Positions 12,522-24,993 of a stretch of 64,000 nucleotides of DNA are shown here, in pieces. A model generated the notes under the pieces. It had not been told where the DNA came from. It saw nothing but the letters and a program-made list of their open reading frames with translations, and did no database searches. The position numbers were made by a program, and so were the translations under genes. How positions within the stretch are numbered: the stretch's first letter is position 1; every line of letters begins with the position of its first letter. The stretch is from Camelus ferus (taxonomy: Eukaryota), in NCBI RefSeq assembly GCF_009834535.1, contig NC_045696.1, positions 7,504,001 to 7,568,000 on the forward strand, given 5' to 3'.

Positions 12522-12699
12522 GTAAGTTTAATATATTTCTTAAATAAAATCAGAGTATATTAATGCTGTTTTGAAGGATCAGATTTTGCCTTAAGACTAC
12601 TCAAATCTTAAATGTTTTTTCTTTTAAGATTCATAAATAGCCATATAAAAATTCAAAGCTTTTTAAAGATTATCATTGATACGCTTTTTCTTAAAGATG

Positions 12700-14290
12700 G
12701 TTAGGTGAATACACATCTTTATCTCCATTTCCTCCCTAAATCTTGCTAAAATAACCCCACAGGAAAAAATAATTTTAAAGTTATAAACCCACAGGAACAA
12801 ATAATGGGATAGCAGAGAAGTATCAATAAAATGTGAGAAAGTGGGTTGCAGATGGGTGAGAGGTAACTGACTTGATTTTCACCTTGCCACATGGCTAAAG
12901 CAGGGAAGCCATCCAGAGGCTCTGTGCCGACAAGGCAGAGAGGCCCAGACGTTGGAAGCACAGGGACCTCTTTAACACGGTGTTTCTGCATCGGGCTGAA
13001 AACTGTGTGTAAAGAGCATTGGCCCCTCAAATCCCCCTCCTCAGCACTCAAAACTGGGAGACCAACCCCCTGCAGGAGACAGGAGTTTTATGTTCTGGAA
13101 AGGCTGAGTAAGAATCTGTAGCTGGGGGAACACTAGGCCTAACTGAGTGGAAGTGAGAAACCTTACTGAAAACAGGAAAAAGTGGAAATCTGCGCCGCTG
13201 AGCAGTAAGGTGCCTCCCAAGTCCTTCTCCTCACTGGGCCCTCAGGCTTGTGGTGGCCGGGCTGATACACCGGGCTCCTCCCAGCGAGACAGCAGGGTCT
13301 TCCCTGAGGAAGCTGACCAGCTTGAGAGAAAGGATCATCATTCCTGATAATTAAGAGGTTCTCCAATGAAGGTCTCCCACAATGAAGGTCACCAGTTGAC
13401 CAGCCCAGCCCACATATACACAGTGCTTCCAGTTAACTTTTAGTACTTCATTTTTAAATATGTAGAACTATTTGACTGTCTTATGTACATGTATTATTTT
13501 AATAAAAATTAAAATTAAGTTTTAAACCCATAACTTAGCAGATATTAAAAGAAAACCTTGAAAATGAAATGCAAAAGAAAAAAAGGAAACTTGGAGGAAA
13601 TGGAGATAATGCAAAGACTGGAAGAAAACTTTAAAAAAACAAAATCCTCAGAGATAAAAAAAGGTTATAACTGTGAAACAATAGGATGCTATAAAATAGG
13701 GACCGTTCAGAGAATTAATGCCTTTGGAAATTACAAATACAATCACCAAAATTAAAACTTTAATTGAATGGTTAGAAGAGAAACCAAAAGCAATCTCCAG
13801 AAAGTAGAGCACAATGTAGCAAAATAGAAAATAGGAAAAAGATGGGAAAGTGTAACAGCGAACAATCTGACTCTTAGGAGTTCCAGAAAGAAAAAACAGT
13901 AGGGAGGAAATTATTAAATAACACATCCAATAAAGCATGCAAAGTAGAGCCCTTGATGTGCCTAACTGTATCGAGAGGCATGTTAGAGTCCTGTCAGAGG
14001 ATTTGGGGATTGCATATTGATAAGTTCATGGGAGACCAAGCAAATGTTTCAGAGAAAATGTCTGAAATTGAAGAAAATAAATAATAACATGAGTATGTTG
14101 TATAGAAAAGTGGAGATAAACACCAAAAGAAACAACTTAGGTGCTAAAAGTGTTCCCTTTTGGGAAGTAAGACTTACGGTCCAGACAGGTATGATACAGG
14201 AGAGCAGCTTCATTATAGGTCTCGTAGAACTATTTGACTGTCTTTTATGCACATGTATTATTTTAATGAAAATTAAAAGTTTTTAAAGTA
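12700..14290 (+). mobile_element. Old L1M fragments (5'/ORF1-like part and 3' end) in a PIGP intron
   Basis: ORF1-like text (caatctccagaaagtagagc, taggagttccagaaagaa) and an L1M-type 3' end (gtagaactatttgac..tgtattattttaat). Confidence 0.55.
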
Positions 14291-14367
14291 TATAAGTGGT
14301 GAACTCTTAAGAACTGCAACTTTTTAGGAAGTCTGTTACTTTAATACTTTAATACTCTCTTCTGCAG

Positions 14368-14486
14368 ATACTGGGCAGTTGCGTTGCCTGTGTACCTCCT
14401 CATTACTATAGTGATCGGTTATTTACTCTTATTTGGAATAAACATGATGAGTACCTCTCCACTCAACTCCATTCACACAATCACAG
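14368..14486 (+). CDS. PIGP: PIGP coding exon 3
   Basis: tctgcag acceptor; (K)[39 protein letters not shown](D); donor gtaaat. Confidence 0.97.
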
Positions 14487-15447
14487 GTAAATTCATATCA
14501 AAGGAAAGTGCTGGGGGTGTGGGGTATTAACACTTTTATCAAGAAAAGCAACCAGGAATAGGGTACAGTAAGTGACACACATTGACACAGTAAAAAGAAA
14601 CTAGGGGAAATAGTAAAATTATACCAGAGGAAATGTTTACCCGGCAGAAATAAGTTCTCATGAACATGCTGTTTATAGCACTGCTTAACAGGTACATTTT
14701 CCCTTCAAAACCGCAAGTATATGATACGTTCCTTGGCAACTTTGCCATGTTGATCAAGGGATGGCAAAGAGGTGCATGCAGACCTTACCTGGGAGGAGGA
14801 ATTTGGAGGGGTGTATCCTCAGGATCGCTGTGTGCACCTGACCCCAATTATGTGGAGAAAAGGGCCACAGCATGTTTTTGTGGTTTTATTTTTTTTTTAA
14901 GTTCTTATTTCAAGTCTAAAGATTAAGATAAATTAGATTCCTGCCATTGCTTAGATTCTAGGAAGCAAAGTATTTTTTTAAGTTCTAGTATGATTTTTCA
15001 ACTGTTCAGTATTTCTTTTCTGATCACCTACTGTGTGTTCCCTGCATACTTGGCTGGAATTACAGCAAACAGATAATTTTTGCAGAGATGGGAAATTGTT
15101 AAGTTTGCATGAATGATTGTACCAAATGATTTAATAGTTTTGGAGTGTTGATTTAAATATCTTTTCTAAGCCTGTATGTAATTCTGTTCCTATGAGAAAT
15201 GTGCAGATGGGACTTTAATCATCATTGTATAGTTGAATGAAATATTAATTTCTTATCCAAGTTAGAGGTTGCAAAAAGTTTTTTGCTAATTTTTATTCTA
15301 ACTGGGACATTTCTTCTGAAGGGAGAATTTAAGTAGCCTTTTAATTATGTTAAACATGGTGCTTGTCATTATCCAAACATTAGCCTAGTAAACTATGCGG
15401 TGGGTCTCCACAGACCACAGAGATTGTAGAAATAACTGCTTGAGTAA

Positions 15448-15591
<144 letters not shown>

Positions 15592-15765
15592 ACCAAAAAC
15601 TGAATTGTATGTAGACTAAACACCAAACTTTTATGATAAGTTTTTGACTTACTTTGACCATCTTTCTGATTAACACCCAATATTGAAATGTAAAAAAAGT
15701 AAGTTGAATTTCCCTTAGATTGTTCCATTAATATTAAACTGTTCTTAAATAGTAGTTATTAATAG

Positions 15766-15786
15766 AATAAATAAGGAATAAATAAA
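15766..15786 (+). terminator. Clustered AATAAA polyadenylation signals for PIGP
   Basis: AATAAA at 15766, 15777 and 15781, about 175 nt after the stop codon. Confidence 0.65.
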
Positions 15787-15999
15787 ATACTGCATTACCA
15801 TATAGCAGACTTTTTAAAAAGAAGTATCAGTAGAAATAAGAAGCCCCTCCAGGAAGGCATTCATGTTGTAATTTTCAAAGGGCAATTGTGTCCTTCCCAT
15901 TGTTTGTTCTTACAAGCCCAGGATTCAAGCTCTTAGATTTGGGAGAAGGATACATTGAATATGTATGCTTGCTGTCAGATTCACGTCTAAGGAATAACT

Positions 16000-16750
16000 T
16001 CTTTAGATCCGGTGGTCAGTGGAGCCTGCTCAAAGAGAAGCAGTTAAGGTTGAGATTAGATTAATAAAAACAGGAGCCAGTCATACAAAGATTAGAGGGG
16101 GAGAGGGGAGATTTCAAGTCCTGAGCAGCCAAGGAGAGACCTTTGGATGGGAAGGAGCTTGGTGTGTCCTAAGGACTGAAGGCCAGCAGGGGGCCTAGAG
16201 CAGCTGCTGGAGGGTGTGAGGGGCTGTGTAGGCCAGCATAAGAAGTCCGGATTTACACGTCAGTGTGATGGGTTTGAGGCACTTTAGATACTGAGCTATT
16301 CGGAGCCTTTAAGGAAGAGTGTGACATGGCCTGATTTGTGTTTTCTATAAGTCACTGGGTGGTGGGTGGAGGGTGGGTTCAGGAGGGGGAATTGGGGTTG
16401 GGGCAAGAGTGTGGAAGTGAGGAGACCCATCAGGAGGCCAGTACATTGGTTCAGTGGTCCAGGCAGGAGATGCTTGTGCTTAGAGCAGAGTGGTAGCAAT
16501 GGAGCTAGGGAGGGGAGGGGAGGGGGGGTTGGTTCACAGCATTTGTTGGAGGCATAGTTGACTGGGTAGAGGGGTCTGACTGTGCAGGGTAGGCAGCCTA
16601 CTGAAAGAAGTTGTGATCAGGGGTCATTCCTAGGTTTTGAGGGACTAAGGAACTGAGTGGATGATTGCACCTTCCCCTGAATCAGACAGATCTGGGGAAG
16701 TGCAGTTAGGGACGTGGGAGGATTTGGTATATGAATTAGTTTGAGTAACA
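16000..16750 (-). mobile_element. LINE-2 fragment
   Basis: gtgacatggcctgatttgtgtttt, gagacccatcaggaggcca, tccaggcaggagatg..agagtggtagcaatggag. Confidence 0.55.
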
Positions 16751-17189
16751 CTGCCTTATTAATATTTGGGCACGTCTCATGTAAGAGTAGGAAGCTTAGA
16801 TAGAAATAAGTTCAAAAAAACAAACCATACATACCTTACCAAGAGTATACTCACAGTTGGCCAGTGGGACCAAATCTAAATTCATCTAGCAGTCAAGGCC
16901 TTCTAACTTTTGACAGCTTAAATCTCTACACTGAAGTGGAGCCACACATTTTAATTTATCCAAATTTAACTATACTTTCTGTTAAAAAGAAGGAAAAGAA
17001 AAGAAAAAGAAACTAATAATTTTAAATGGTTGGGAAAACTAGGACTTCCATTTTAATAACCATTTCCCCACCCAGTAGGCATGAGATGGATGACGTGAAT
17101 CTACTGTTTCTGTTCCCTAATGTGTCCCAGGTCCTGTGTTATTTTATGGTAAGTGTATGTCACCACACATAAGAGTAGTTTGAGGGCAC

Positions 17190-17590
17190 CAGCCAACTCT
17201 ATCAAGGATGGAATGGTAAACAGATTGTGTCCTGTTTATACAGTGGAAAACCACACAGCCATGCAAACAAGAATGAGATTACTGCTCTATTATTGTGAAT
17301 GAATGTCAGAGATACAATGTCGGGCATAAAAAGCCAGACATAAAAGAATATGTATGTACCATACGATTCCATTTATATAAGGTTCAAAATCAGGAAAAGC
17401 TAATGTATGGTGATAAATATTAGAACAGTGGTGTTAACTAGGAGGCAGCGTGAGGGAGCCTGCTGGTGAGTTGGAAATGCCCTACGTCTTGATCTAGGTG
17501 CTGGTTACCTGGGTGTAAGGTATGTTCAAGGAAATAGAGTTATATCATGAAGACTGTGCTCTTAATGTAAGTTACATCAATAAAGTACTA
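17190..17590 (+). mobile_element. L1M 3' end fragment
   Basis: aaaagccagacataaaagaata..tacgattccatttatataaggttcaaaatcaggaaaagctaat..caataaag. Confidence 0.7.
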
Positions 17591-17844
17591 TGTCCCACGC
17601 CCAGAAATTGATTCATTGGTCTGGAGTGGGGCCCAGGCTGGGGTAATTTTTAATGTCTCTCAGACTCTTAAAACACTTGTAACATGCAGTCAGCATTGGA
17701 ACTTCTGCCTTCATTGATTGGACTTAATTAAGTCTGTGGTCAACCCGGGGAGTGGCTGTTCACTTTGGAAGAGAAAATGGTGGTTAATGGAGCTGTCCTC
17801 TTCCCCCCAGACTGTGGGCTGCAATTCTCTTGAAGGTCATCACC

Positions 17845-18307
17845 ACTTTAGTACAGAGATTCTCACCTTTTTTTTAAATCTCAGGACCCCTTTTTACTCA
17901 CAGAGTAAGAACCTCAGAGACTCTTTATGTATGTGGATATATTTGGAAATTAAAAAAGAAAATTTTAAAATATTTGTTTATAAATAATAAACCTATTATA
18001 CTTTCATACATTTAAGTAACATTTTATGAAAAATAACTTCTAGAACAAATTTAATGAGACAAGTAGAATTGTTTTACATATTTGCAAATCTCGTTAATGT
18101 CTGGCTTAATGGAAGACAGCTGGGTGTTCCTATCTGCGTCTGTATTCAATCTGTTCTGACACTACAGGCCACATAGCCTCTGAAAGACTCCACTGCATAC
18201 TCGTGAGAGAATGAGTGCGAAGACAAATAGCATCTTAATATTATTATGAAAATGACCTGACAGACCCCCTGAAAAGGTTCTCCAGACTATACTTTGAGGA
18301 CCACTGG
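17845..18307. mobile_element. hAT-Charlie1-like non-autonomous DNA transposon
   Basis: gcaaatctcgttaatgtctggcttaatggaagacagctgg and terminal actttgaggaccactg. Confidence 0.7.
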
Positions 18308-20791
18308 TTAGTGAGCCTCAGCTACAGAGTGTGTGTATGTATGTGTGTGTGTGTACGTGTGTGTGTACGTACTAGAGTAGAAACAGTAAAGCTGTGTGCT
18401 TTGCACTTGGTAAATATCTTGATTGAACACCTTTTGTGTTCACTGCAGATCCTCTCTGTTCCTCCTCTTATTCCAGCCCCTGATACTCCTTTGACCGGGT
18501 CCACACACGTGCCACCTGGCAGTGCACCCTGGAAGCAGAGAGTTAACACCCACCCATAAGGGCCCCCTGGGCAGGCGTTAAGCTCCCAGAGAACTGGTTC
18601 TGAGCTGCTTTTCCTGAGCTTCAGGCAGGTCTCTTGAGCCCGAGCTGTGGTTACCATGGCAACGGTGAGCTTAGTAACAGTGTTGGCTCATCTTTGTTTT
18701 GCTCCCTTACTCCCACTCCTCCCTCCTGTCACTTTCCAGACAAGCTGCCTACACCAGGCTTTGTCACAGGCTCTGCTTTCAGGCCCACGCTGACAGGTTT
18801 GTATTTTGTAAAAATGTTGCCACAGTTACAGGGCCAAGATGTGTGGTGCATTTCCCAGCTGCATGTCATAATTTAAGAAAAATGTTTGAAAGACACTGTG
18901 TTTTGCAGTAAGCCCAACTCATAGCATAAAATACTCCAAGTGAAAAATGTCAAGTGATATAAAAATGTTCCACTTTTAACAAAATCTCCTCCAGGAATGA
19001 GATTTTCAGTGAGAAAAGTCCAAATATGACTTTTCAGAGGTGAAAAGAATTCAACAGAATTCAAATCCAAAATTCTGCACTCTCTCATTTCTTGATCCTA
19101 CCCTGTTTCATTCCGAAGGATCTCAGTCAGGTGCGTGCTGCCTAGGCTTCCATTAAAACACGTATCACCCCTTAAAGTGATCTAACAAAAAATTTCTTCT
19201 ATATCCCACTTTTTCAAATAGTTGGTAGGACACACAATATTATATTACCAGCCCCACGCCTTAGAAAACCCAACGAAATCAACTGCCACAGCGGTTATCC
19301 CAGAGCCCAGTACCTTGGACAGTGCGGCCCCTCCGCATCTGTCACTGCAGCGCAGACCAGACCGAGTTGACGGTGGGGAGAGGGAAGTGGGGAAGAAGCG
19401 GTTACTGATTTGTCTTCCCAGCTTACAGGGCAGGCTGGGGCAGTCAAGTTACTCAGTGTGAAACTCAATTAGGTAAACTGTGGCACCATTTACTACTTTG
19501 GAATGGTCAGAAACTTACTTATCCCATCTTTTCTAATCAGGACAGTCTAACTCAAAACACAACAAAAGTTAATTTTTCAAAGAACAGCACTTTGAGATTG
19601 CCCCCAAGTGGGGCCATGTAGACAGGGACAGCTGGTGTCTCAGGGGTCACCTGTATGGACTCGCAACCAGGACTGAATGTTCTCTCCCACTCTGGGCCTT
19701 GTCACTACATACGTCCCAGGGTGCCAGAGTGGTGATGGAAACCTCAGAAACCAAAGGAGCCACGGAGTCAGAAATGATGGCATAATGGGAAATACTTGTA
19801 CTTCCTGCGCAAGTGCATGATAGAGGAAAAACCTCTCTGATAACTCAACACCTTCCTCAGGCTATTTCTGCAAATCCAGAGTGCCCAAGCACTGCTTGTG
19901 TAGGTCACAGTCACGGGGGGGGGGGGTCGGGGGGGGGTCATGTGGCCAGGGCTGGATGACGCCAGCCTCGCAGTGACTCACACTTCAGCTGCACCAGAAT
20001 GTCCCACTTGCGTTACTAAGCCTGTTTATGCAGCCCCAGCGTATTAGAAGCAGCTGTGAGTCAGCCTGCAACAGCTGCTGTGGCTGCTTCCAGTGGCCCC
20101 TCCTGCCCCCTGACACCTTGGCTTCCAGCACCACCTCTTTTCACTGTTCTCAGTGATGCTCCGTGGTGTGGCGTGCTCTAAGCACAATCACTCTTCGCCG
20201 CCCTTCCGTGAAGGACAAGCACCTGACAGGAATTAAAATACGGTATCCAATTTATAAACCTGAAGCCCAAGCCAGGCTTTCTCCCCTAAATCTGATGTGA
20301 GGGGGGCCGGGCCTGCAGATCTAGAGACTCGTGCATGAGACAGTGGTGGGCTGCCACCTGCGAGGTCCGAGCAGATAGCAGGCAGCTCGTGTGCAGTCAG
20401 TCACCTTTGCCCGTTTCCACCCATCAGCTAAGCAGCACCTGCCCCCAAGAGGGTAAGGAATAGGGGATAGAGAGAATGGCAGAAGTGTCTTCCCCAGGAA
20501 GGCAGAAGTGTCTCTGTCACTGAGGTAGAGATGAGGAGAAGGACCATGGCTCCCTACACTGGCCACTTAGGTTGTCTCCTGGTTTTCCCTATAAAAATAA
20601 TAATCGTACCGCACACACCTCTGTGGAATTGTGTTCCTGGGCTAGCCTCCTTACCCTGGAATTATCAGAGTCAAAGGGCTTGAACACTTTTAAGACACTT
20701 GGTATAAAATTCCAGACTGATCTCCAAAAAAGGCCTATGAATTTACACACTCTCTGTAACTCACTAACATTGGGTACCACCCTTATACTAG

Positions 20792-21210
20792 TGTGATGGT
20801 TAATCGTCTGTGTCAACTTGGCTGGGCTCAGGGATGCCCAGACAGCTGGTAAAACATGATTTTGGGGTGTTTCTGTGAGGATGTTTCTGGAAAAGATTAG
20901 CATTTGAATCAGAAGACTGAATAAAGATCTGCCATCCCCAGTGTGGGTGGGCGTCATCCAATCCACTGAGGGTAAATTTCTCTCTCTCTCTTCCTTTTTT
21001 CCTAATGGAGGTACTGGAGATTGAACCCAGGACCCTTCACATGCCAAGCAGGCGCTCTACCACCGAGCTATACCCACACCTTCTCTCTCCCTCTGTCCCT
21101 CTGTCCCCTCTCCCTCTCCCCTCTCCCTCTTCACATCTCAGCCCTATAATCACATGAGCCAATTCTCATAATAAGTTTCATGAATCTGTGGACTTCCTAT
21201 TGGTTCCTCA
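20792..21210 (+). mobile_element. ERVL MLT2-type solo LTR, interrupted by a SINE
   Basis: tgtgatggttaat..tgtgtcaacttggctgggct..gatgcccagacagctggtaaaacat..ggtgtttctgtgaggatgtttctgga..cctattggtt. Confidence 0.8.
20995..21080 (-). mobile_element. tRNA-Ala-derived SINE (Vic-1-like)
   Basis: tggaggtactggagattgaacccaggacc..ctctaccaccgagctataccc. Confidence 0.85.
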
Positions 21211-22564
21211 CATTGGGAGTATGTGAAATGTGACAGTGTTCCATTTTTCCAAATCTGACTAAGGATGTTTTAATTTCCCACTGTCCTTCGTCAACAGGAA
21301 TTTCCTAATCATTTATCAAGGGCCTTCCTCACCCTTCCTCGGTGTTTGTGCTTATTCTATCCAAGAAAATGGGAAAAAATACTGGCTTTTAGCCCACAGT
21401 ATTTGCCCTCCCCACCATCATTCCACCCTCTCCCTCGTCCCCCCACAGACGACACCAGGCTCATGTGGTTTGTGTTCAGTGTCCACACGCCTCAGGTGAC
21501 CACCCTGAATGCTGCACACCAGCTCTCGGACCTCCATTCCTCTCCCTGTCTCAACACACATGCAGGCATTACCCCCTCTGTGGCAGGAGTTTCGACCTCC
21601 CCCAGCTTCCTTTGAAATGGTTCCCACGTGGTAACCTGGAATAAAGCCCCTTCCCCTACGCCACAAGGCAGTGTGACCTCCCATGGAAGGGGAAGGAGGG
21701 GGTGTAGTTTTTGCAAAGTGCCTTTCAAAGGAGGAGTGTCCCTTCATCCCTCCTCCTTCCAGCTCTCTGGCACATGGATTTAATGACTGGAAATCAAGAT
21801 GTCCCCTTGGATCGTGAAGTGACACGAGGAATAGAAGCCACACAGCAGCAGAACAAAAAGGTAGAAAGAGTCCGAATCCTGCCACCACGCCAGCCCTGGG
21901 TGGCCTGCCCCTGGACTTGGACGTGCGGAGACTTCCCTCTGTCTTGTTTCAGCTGCTGTTATTTTGGGTTGTCCATCATAGCCAAATCTGAGCCTGCCCA
22001 TACCTTTCCCTTCGGGGTCTAGGCACAGAGATGTCACCTTTACCCTCTGGGATAGCCCTGCTAATTGCCAGAATGGGCGTGTGGACACTATTATCAACCT
22101 TTGAAGTGGCCCTGGAAAACTGAGGGGCTAAAATGCAGATTCCCAGCTCCAGCGAGTCTGGAAGTCCTTGGAATCTGCAGATTTAACAGGCATCCTTGGA
22201 GGGTGATGGGAATGGACCATAGACCAAGTGTAGAGAGAGAGTGGACCTCTGAAATGAAAAGTCTGGGTAGGGACGGTCTCCAGGCTACAAATTTTCTTCT
22301 CTCTCTGTGACAACTTCTGTCCTCCCACCGCACTACCTCCTCCAGGTGCACACACGTGCCACCCCCACCAAAGGAAATCTCCACCCTGAGCTGTTCTGTT
22401 CTTCCTGGGCTGCAAAGGAAAAACTCTGTATGTTTTTTTTTGGCTGAATTGATAGCAGGAAAAATGAGCCAGGTGCCTGAACATGGCTCAGGAATCACTG
22501 CCTGTCCCACTTTTGTTAACATAGAAAGTAAAGAAATACTGTGTAGTTTTAATTTGTAAATCTA

Positions 22565-22669
22565 TTTACCTATTTTATTTATTTATTTTTGACAGAGGTA
22601 CTGGGGATTGAACCCAGGACCTTGTACATGCTAAGTATGCATTCTACCACTGAGCTACACACTCCTCCC
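22565..22669 (-). mobile_element. tRNA-Ala-derived SINE (Vic-1-like)
   Basis: tRNA-like head plus T-rich tail; TSD tt(a/g)atttgtaaatcta on both sides. Confidence 0.9.
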
Positions 22670-23050
22670 TTGATTTGTAAATCTAAATACTAATAAAGTT
22701 CAACATCATATATAAACGGGACTCACCATACATTCAAATGGCCAACTTCCAAGGAGCAAAGTTAAAAAAAAAAATAAATGGGCATCGATCAGCCCTGAGT
22801 TCAAATCTGCTATTTCCAACCAGAGTGCCCCCGCACCTGTTACTTGACCGCTAAGCCTCAGTGTCTTCTACTGTAAAACAACACCCATTTTATAAGCTCT
22901 AGGGAAACAGGAAGTAAATAAAGCACTTAAGGCCATGCTTGGCACACAGTGGGCGCTTCTGCAGTGCTAGTCATGATTCTGTCTCTTGATTTTCCTCCTG
23001 GCATTCACTGCCGGGGACCTGGGCTCACCTCCACCAGTTCTATGCATCAC

Positions 23051-23830
23051 TGTATTAGTGGCTGCCATCACAGTTATCTCAGACTTTGTGTCCTAAGTCA
23101 GCAGAAATGTACTCTTTCATAGTTCTGGAGGTCAGAAGTCTGAAAGCAGTTCCACTGGGCTAAATCTGAGGTGTCAGCAGGGCTGAGCTCCCTCCTGAGG
23201 CTCTACACATCCCTGGGCTCGTGACCAAGTCTCTCTAATCGCTGCCTCAATGGTCACGTGGTGTTATGGACTGAGTGCTTGTGTCCGCCAGAATTCATAT
23301 GTTGAAATCTGCACCTCTCAACATAAGAGTTTTAGGAGATAGGACCTGGGGGTGATTAGGTCATGAGGGTGGAGCCATAATGAATGGGATTCGTGCCCTT
23401 GTAAATAGACCCAGAGAGCTTTCTCACCCCTTCCACCCTGTGAAGACCCAGCAAGAAGACGGCTGTCTATAAACCGGGAAGAGAGATCTCCCCAAACACC
23501 AGATGTGCCCTTGCCTTGATCTTGGACTTCCCAGCCTCCAGAACTGTGAGAAATGTTTTATTTATTTATTTACTTACTTACTTTCTTACTTACTTATTCT
23601 CAGCCTGAACAAAGACACTTGGCCTTCTCTTCTGTCACATCTCCCTGGGCCCCTCTCCTATAAGGACACTTGTGATTGGATTTGAGCCTGCCTAGTTAAT
23701 GAGGGAATCATCAGATCCTTAACTTAATCAACTCTTCAAAGACTCTCTTCCCTTATAGGTTGGCATTTAAAGATTCTAGGGATTAGGACCTGATATCCTT
23801 GGGGGCCATTATTCACCCTATTCCAATCAT
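23051..23830. mobile_element. MaLR LTR (MLT1-type, -) with a second MaLR LTR (+, ~23262-23600) nested in it
   Basis: tgtattagt..agttctggaggtcagaagtctgaa..; inner tgttatggactgagtgcttgtgtcc..gattaggtcatgagggtggagcc..cttggacttcccagcctccagaactgtgagaaat; outer resumes at tataaggacacttgtgattggattt. Confidence 0.75.
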
Positions 23831-24867
23831 TATGTATTAAAGTGTGACTTAAAATTTATCTCAATATCCTGTAATAAACCATAATGGAAAAGAGTATGAA
23901 AAAGAATGCTGCACATTTTGCACATTGCTAGCAGGAATGTAAAATGGTACAGCCTCTGCGGGGAAAAAGTTTTTATCTTAAAAAATAATAAAAAAGAAGT
24001 ATTTCCTCAAGCCTGAGGATGAAGGCCAAAGCTAAGGACGACACAGCACAAGGAAGGAAACCCTGCGTCCTCGACAGCAAAGTTGTGCCACTGAATACCC
24101 CTTTCCCAGGGGCACCCAGGGCCAGAGTTGGACTGTGTTCAATAATAAATCCCAATAATAAATTGTGAAACAAAGAGAGACCAACATGCTTATACATGCA
24201 AATCACTCTGCCTTCCCCCGCCTGACCTCTCTCCCCTGGCCCTCACCTGCTCCCCTGTTGCCCCTGCTTGGCTGGACTACCTCCCTCACAGGGGCCCTTT
24301 CCGACCTTCTCTCCTCGGGAACAGAGCCTGCATGGTTAAGCCTTTAAGCTTTGGATCGGAGCTGATCTGGACACCAGTTCTCAAGTCCTGGCTTCACCTC
24401 CAAGCATGAAGTTGTGGTGTGGGAGGCCTTGGAGTGTTCACTCCCTAAACCTGTTTCCTCACTGTTAGATGAATAGACCCGCCTCAGGGTAATCCTGAGG
24501 GTTGAATCAGGTGGAGTGGGTGAAACCCCTTGACTTCACACAGCCTGGCCCGCTGTTCTCACTGCAGGTCCCCAGCCGCACCCCAGATGTGCTTCCATCC
24601 CCCTCTGGATGTCCTCTATGCTAGACACACTGGTCCCCACACATACTTCATTGTTTTTATTTTTCTTTGAGGGAACTTGTCTGATCCATCTTGGGTCTTT
24701 AGTTTCTAGCACAAAGGAGCTAAGTATAGGGTTGTTAAATGAAAAACTTTAGAGGTTCCTATCTGGAATCATCAGAAGTGTTATAATTAAATTGTTCTGA
24801 AGGTGCAATGAGAGAGATGTAAATTTTGTTACATATTTTAAGGAGTCAAATCATTTAAGAACCTAAA

Positions 24868-24993
24868 TTTTTTGTTTATTTTTTGGGGGGGTAATTAGGC
24901 TTATTTATTTATTTTTATCATTTTTTTTTAATGGAGGCACTGGGGATTGAACCCAGGACCTCCTTCATGATAAGCACACACTCTACCTTCCCC
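24868..24993 (-). mobile_element. tRNA-Ala-derived SINE (Vic-1-like), head partly deleted
   Basis: gggggggtaattaggc..tggaggcactggggattgaacccaggacc; TSD aagaa(c/t)ctaaat. Confidence 0.85.
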
